Shown here in pieces: positions 60,452-64,000 of a DNA stretch of 64,000 bases. The stretch lies in NCBI GenBank assembly GCA_016182915.1, contig JACPFP010000003.1, positions 86,788-150,787 of the forward strand, read 5' to 3'. The notes under the pieces were generated by a model that was given only the letters and a program-made list of their open reading frames with translations, ran no database searches and had not been told where the DNA came from. How positions within the stretch are numbered: the stretch's first letter is position 1; each line of letters starts with the position of its first letter. The position numbers and the translations under genes were made by a program. This stretch comes from Candidatus Dojkabacteria bacterium (GTDB lineage: Bacteria; Patescibacteriota; Dojkabacteria; SC72).

Positions 60452-60513
60452 ATATATATTCACTTTATTTATAGTATTGCTATAATCAAAAGTTTAATAC
60501 TAAAAAATTTCAT

Positions 60514-61026
60514 ATGGAAGATACAATTAAGCTAGTAGGTATAAAGGATCTACAAGCAGTCTACAAACTTGTAAGAGCATCTGCAGAATGGATAAAAAAA
60601 GAATATGGGTATACACATTGGGAAGAATATTACACTTACGAGAAAGTTGAACAAAATTTCAAAAAAGGTGATGTTTACGGCTTATATATTGGGAACAGAT
60701 TGCTTGCAACATTTAGCGTAGGGTATAAGTACCCCGTTTACTATGCGGAAGAAGATTTAGCCCATTTTGAGGATCCCAAAGCACAAGCCTACTACCTAAC
60801 AACTTTATGCGTATCTCCACAACATCATGGGAAAGGATATGCAAAGTCCCTTATAAAACACTTAGAGAAGTTAGCCCTAGAAAAAGGCGTTAAATATATC
60901 AGGTTTGACGCTAAGGGTGAATATACAGAACTAATAGAGTTCTATAAAAGACTGGATTACAAAATCGTAGGTGAGTTACTTGACGAAGGTGAAATTTACT
61001 ACCTATTTGAAAAGAAGATGATATAG
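60514..61026 (+). CDS. GNAT-family N-acetyltransferase
   Basis: QHHGKGYAKSLI motif A. Confidence 0.75.
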   Translation: MEDTIKLVGIKDLQAVYKLVRASAEWIKKEYGYTHWEEYYTYEKVEQNFKKGDVYGLYIGNRLLATFSVGYKYPVYYAEEDLAHFEDPKAQAYYLTTLCVSPQHHGKGYAKSLIKHLEKLALEKGVKYIRFDAKGEYTELIEFYKRLDYKIVGELLDEGEIYYLFEKKMI

Positions 61027-61043
61027 TAAATGGATAATACTAC

Positions 61044-61469
61044 CTACCCTCTTGAATTACAGTAGTATTCTATGGCCTCACTGAAAAACGGTGATAAACC
61101 TACCTTCACTTTATCTATATTCTTCGTAAACCTAACATCCATAACATAACCCTGTCCTAACCCCCTTAGTATTTCTAGTGTACAGTTATAGAAACTATCC
61201 GAAATATAATCCCTCCACTCTTGTACAAGAGCCTGTACTTCAGGATCAGAGGGCTCCCTGTCCATTAGCTCAGAAAGCTTTTTAAGTATCTTGGAACCTC
61301 TCTCTAATATCTCTTTTAACTCCTCTTTTGAATATTTCGAGGTTCTTTCATGACTCTCTTTATACGCATCAGAATAACCAAACCTATTGAAAGTTTCTTC
61401 CTGGTACTTCTCCTGATGTTCAACTGGATCTAATTCCTCTTTTTCTTTATATTCGTCTAATATGTTCAT
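61044..61469 (-). CDS. TipAS-like antibiotic-recognition domain protein (stand-alone)
   Basis: WRDYISDSFYNCTLEILRGLGQGYV pattern. Confidence 0.5.
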   Translation of the reverse strand: MNILDEYKEKEELDPVEHQEKYQEETFNRFGYSDAYKESHERTSKYSKEELKEILERGSKILKKLSELMDREPSDPEVQALVQEWRDYISDSFYNCTLEILRGLGQGYVMDVRFTKNIDKVKVGLSPFFSEAIEYYCNSRG

Positions 61470-61566
61470 AGCATATCAATACCAAAATACAGATATTAAT
61501 TCAACTTAATATGCTTAAGCACTAGAGGATATTGACAAAGTTTGAAGAATATTTTAATTATTAATT

Positions 61567-61681
61567 GGAGTCATTTAGCGACTAATCTTGCTAGTTAACG
61601 TGGGATGAGTTTAGCAAGTACAGGCACTGTGAGCAATTATATTGTCCGTGCATTCCCTGTCAGCTACGTGGCTCCACTTTT
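61567..61681 (+). ncRNA. Candidate structured RNA, copy 1 (115 nt; P1 GGAGUCA/UGGCUCC; P2; P3; terminal U-tract)
   Basis: TTGACA-17-TAATTA promoter ends 6 nt before the 5' G; paralogous to 62250-62364 with compensatory changes in P2. Confidence 0.5.
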
Positions 61682-61684
61682 CGT

Positions 61685-62146
61685 CTAATCCTTTGCTATA
61701 TTTACTCTCCCTCCATTGAAGTATGCAACATATACTTCCCTATTATCAATGTATATTCTTTCTATTTGCCTAAACTCTTCTATGGTTCCCTCACACTCAT
61801 TCGTATACTTCATATTACCTTCTACATACTCCATTGGTCCTCTATGAACTAAATCACCGTCAGGACCTTTTGAAAGTGCTGATTTTAGAAAAGCATAGAT
61901 ATCTGCTCCTCCTATAACCTTTCCCCAATATACACATCTAAAAATATCCTTACCATCCTCCCAAATAGTCTCATTACCAGAGTATGGTTCCCCACCATAG
62001 AATTCATCCTCATAGGTATAGTTATCAATTTGTAGTTTTAGAACATTTCCATTCTTTCCGTTGCTCTCATACTTTGTATTAGGATCGGTGTATCCTTTAA
62101 GATTAAACTGTAAAAGAAGGGATCTTAGCCTTTGTGCATCAATCAT
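61685..62146 (-). CDS. hypothetical protein (DUF-type, 153 aa)
   Basis: ORF; stop codon 4 nt from RNA copy 1's 3' end. Confidence 0.4.
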   Translation of the reverse strand: MIDAQRLRSLLLQFNLKGYTDPNTKYESNGKNGNVLKLQIDNYTYEDEFYGGEPYSGNETIWEDGKDIFRCVYWGKVIGGADIYAFLKSALSKGPDGDLVHRGPMEYVEGNMKYTNECEGTIEEFRQIERIYIDNREVYVAYFNGGRVNIAKD

Positions 62147-62249
62147 ACAGGTATATGGTTAACTTAATCTTGATACATTATATACCAACTTTAATAGATA
62201 TTTATTATAGGGTGTAGACAGGTATCAAAGAATATAGTATTAATTATTC

Positions 62250-62364
62250 GGAGTCATTTCTAAACAGACCCTACCAGTTAACACGGGATGCGTTTGGTGG
62301 GTACTTACAGTATGAGTGATCATGTTGTATGTCTATTCCCTGTATTATAAATGGCTCCACTTTT
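62250..62364 (+). ncRNA. Candidate structured RNA, copy 2 (115 nt), 17 nt upstream of the ogt-like ATG
   Basis: TAGACA-17-TATTAA promoter; same length and conserved blocks as copy 1. Confidence 0.5.
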
Positions 62365-62381
62365 ATTGATACACCACACTT

Positions 62382-62705
62382 ATGCAAACCTTCATAGAAA
62401 AAATATATTCAATTGCAAGTATGATACCCAAGGGAAAGGTATCTACATATAAACAGCTTGCACAGTTAGCAGGAAACCCAAGAGCATATAGAGCAGTTGG
62501 AAGTGCCATGAGGAAAAATCCCGATACTACAATAGTTCCATGCCATAGAGTGGTTGGAAGTGATGGAAAAATGCACGGATATTCAGGAGGAGAAGGTATT
62601 GAAACAAAGATTATTAAACTTCGTAACGAAGGCGTTAAGGTTGTAAACGGAAAAGTTAATCTAGATACTTTTCTTTGGAATAAAGCTCCAGAAAAAAGCC
62701 TTTAA
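62382..62705 (+). CDS. ogt: Methylated-DNA-protein-cysteine methyltransferase (Ogt/MGMT) DNA-binding/active-site domain protein
   Basis: PCHRVV active-site motif; 107 aa (C-terminal domain only). Confidence 0.75.
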   Translation: MQTFIEKIYSIASMIPKGKVSTYKQLAQLAGNPRAYRAVGSAMRKNPDTTIVPCHRVVGSDGKMHGYSGGEGIETKIIKLRNEGVKVVNGKVNLDTFLWNKAPEKSL

Positions 62706-63674
62706 GCCCTTCATACTCAAAATCATTAAAACTGTAAATCCAAGAACTATAATCAGATCTATAAATACATTTATGTGTATTCCCCTTAAGAAAACATAGA
62801 GAATTATAAGGTGGTAGAAGAAGATCTCATAGGAATATCTAGCCAACCAGGTTACGATGCTATTAAACACACCCTTGAAAGCTATCCTCTGAAGTATTAT
62901 CCAGCTCAATGAGATTGTTGCAAGATTATAAACGACAAAATATGGAGTTGGAGGATATTCATTATGAAAAATACTCAGACTTAGTTTGAACGAGTATAGA
63001 ATGCCAAGAATAATGACGGTCATAATTGCAGTAGACCTGAAAAGAAACCTAAGATTCTCAGTACTGTAGTGCTTTTGAAGGAAGTAACCTGAGATATAGA
63101 TAATAAACCAACCAAAAACAATACTTGCCTTATCCAGAATATTTATATCAAGGAAGAGAGTAACTGCTGAGAATAGGATTGAGAGAAATAGAAAGAGTGA
63201 GTACCAGGTATACTTTGATTTAGTAATCCAGTTTAATACCAAAGAAACAGTTGTTAGAATTATGAAAAGCCTTGGAATCCAGTTATTACCCACCCCACCT
63301 ATTAGAAATATCGTGTCAAAGACATATCTGAAGTCCAGTTTCGCAACTACCTCCCCTATCCTTCCCATCAGAAGCATTGAAAGCAGAAAAAGGATGGCAA
63401 AGGTATAGTATGGGAGTACAATCCTGTTGAACCTCTTAAGAAAGATAGTTAGGAACTCCCAGGAGTTTGTAATCTTTACCTCACCCGCCGACATAAGAAA
63501 ACCGGATACAAAAACAAAGATACCTACGCTAAAATGGATGAGTTCCCATGCAATATTATATCCAGTACCCTCCCCTTTATAGTTTGCAAGAACATGGGTT
63601 AAAACAACAAGAACTGCAGCAAAAGCCTTTAATTTATCAACCTCCGGATAGAATTTCCTATCTAAATGCATCAA
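62661..63674 (-). CDS. Acyltransferase-3 (OafA-like) family membrane protein
   Basis: 10-TM; N-terminal AAVLVVLTHV region. Confidence 0.55.
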   Translation of the reverse strand: MMHLDRKFYPEVDKLKAFAAVLVVLTHVLANYKGEGTGYNIAWELIHFSVGIFVFVSGFLMSAGEVKITNSWEFLTIFLKRFNRIVLPYYTFAILFLLSMLLMGRIGEVVAKLDFRYVFDTIFLIGGVGNNWIPRLFIILTTVSLVLNWITKSKYTWYSLFLFLSILFSAVTLFLDINILDKASIVFGWFIIYISGYFLQKHYSTENLRFLFRSTAIMTVIILGILYSFKLSLSIFHNEYPPTPYFVVYNLATISLSWIILQRIAFKGVFNSIVTWLARYSYEIFFYHLIILYVFLRGIHINVFIDLIIVLGFTVLMILSMKGLKAFFWSFIPKKSI

Positions 63675-63688
63675 TTAGTAGCTCAAGT

Positions 63689-63973
63689 TTAATCGTGATG
63701 CTCGGCACTCATAGCATCCTCTTTTGTAACGTGTTTTGTACCAGGCTTATGATTAGCAGGTGAGTATATTGTATACAACTTTAAATCTTCTGTCACCGAA
63801 GTATTTATAAGATTGTGAAGTGTACCTGCTGGTACAACTATCGCACTACCGTCTTTAACAGCATTCTCCTCCCCATTCATCACTATCTTTCCCTCTCCAG
63901 ACTCAATCCTGAAGAACTGATCAACCGTGTTATGAACCTCTTCCCCAATCTCCTCGCCTGGTTTTAAGCACAT
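63689..63973 (-). CDS. Cupin domain protein (may extend past window end)
   Basis: Cupin motif region GEEVHNTVDQFFRIESGEG. Confidence 0.45.
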   Translation of the reverse strand: MCLKPGEEIGEEVHNTVDQFFRIESGEGKIVMNGEENAVKDGSAIVVPAGTLHNLINTSVTEDLKLYTIYSPANHKPGTKHVTKEDAMSAEHHD

Positions 63974-64000
63974 AACTACTAACTGTGAGTATCCACCGGT

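Overview
This 64 kb window is a low-GC (~35%) bacterial chromosomal segment. It uses standard code 11 (TGA is a stop and an RF2 gene is present). Shine-Dalgarno motifs are largely absent, and many genes have a -10-like box only 5-9 nt upstream of the start codon, suggesting leaderless mRNAs. Core genes include mnmA, a HelD-like helicase, rnhB, gatB-gatC-gatA, lepB, parAB, rplU/rpmA, a rearranged division cluster (ftsQ-ftsA-ftsZ-DUF1232-ftsW), uppP, gpmI, prfB, an ftsE-ftsX-M23 (EnvC-like) module, hpf, and 8 tRNAs. There are two envelope glycosylation modules: a GT2/flippase-like/GT39 triad at 3.4-7.1 kb, and a cluster at 32.7-45.3 kb with three GT4 genes, an FkbM methyltransferase, Wzx, Wzy, an S8 protease with BNR repeats, and a GH18. 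A 958-aa dual-TM trypsin-like protease is also present. The 3' end after tRNA-Asn is an accessory island of small enzymes. It contains the most novel signal: two paralogous 115-nt structured RNA elements, each with its own promoter, compensatory base changes in helices, and a terminal U-tract. One copy sits 17 nt upstream of an Ogt-like alkyltransferase gene.
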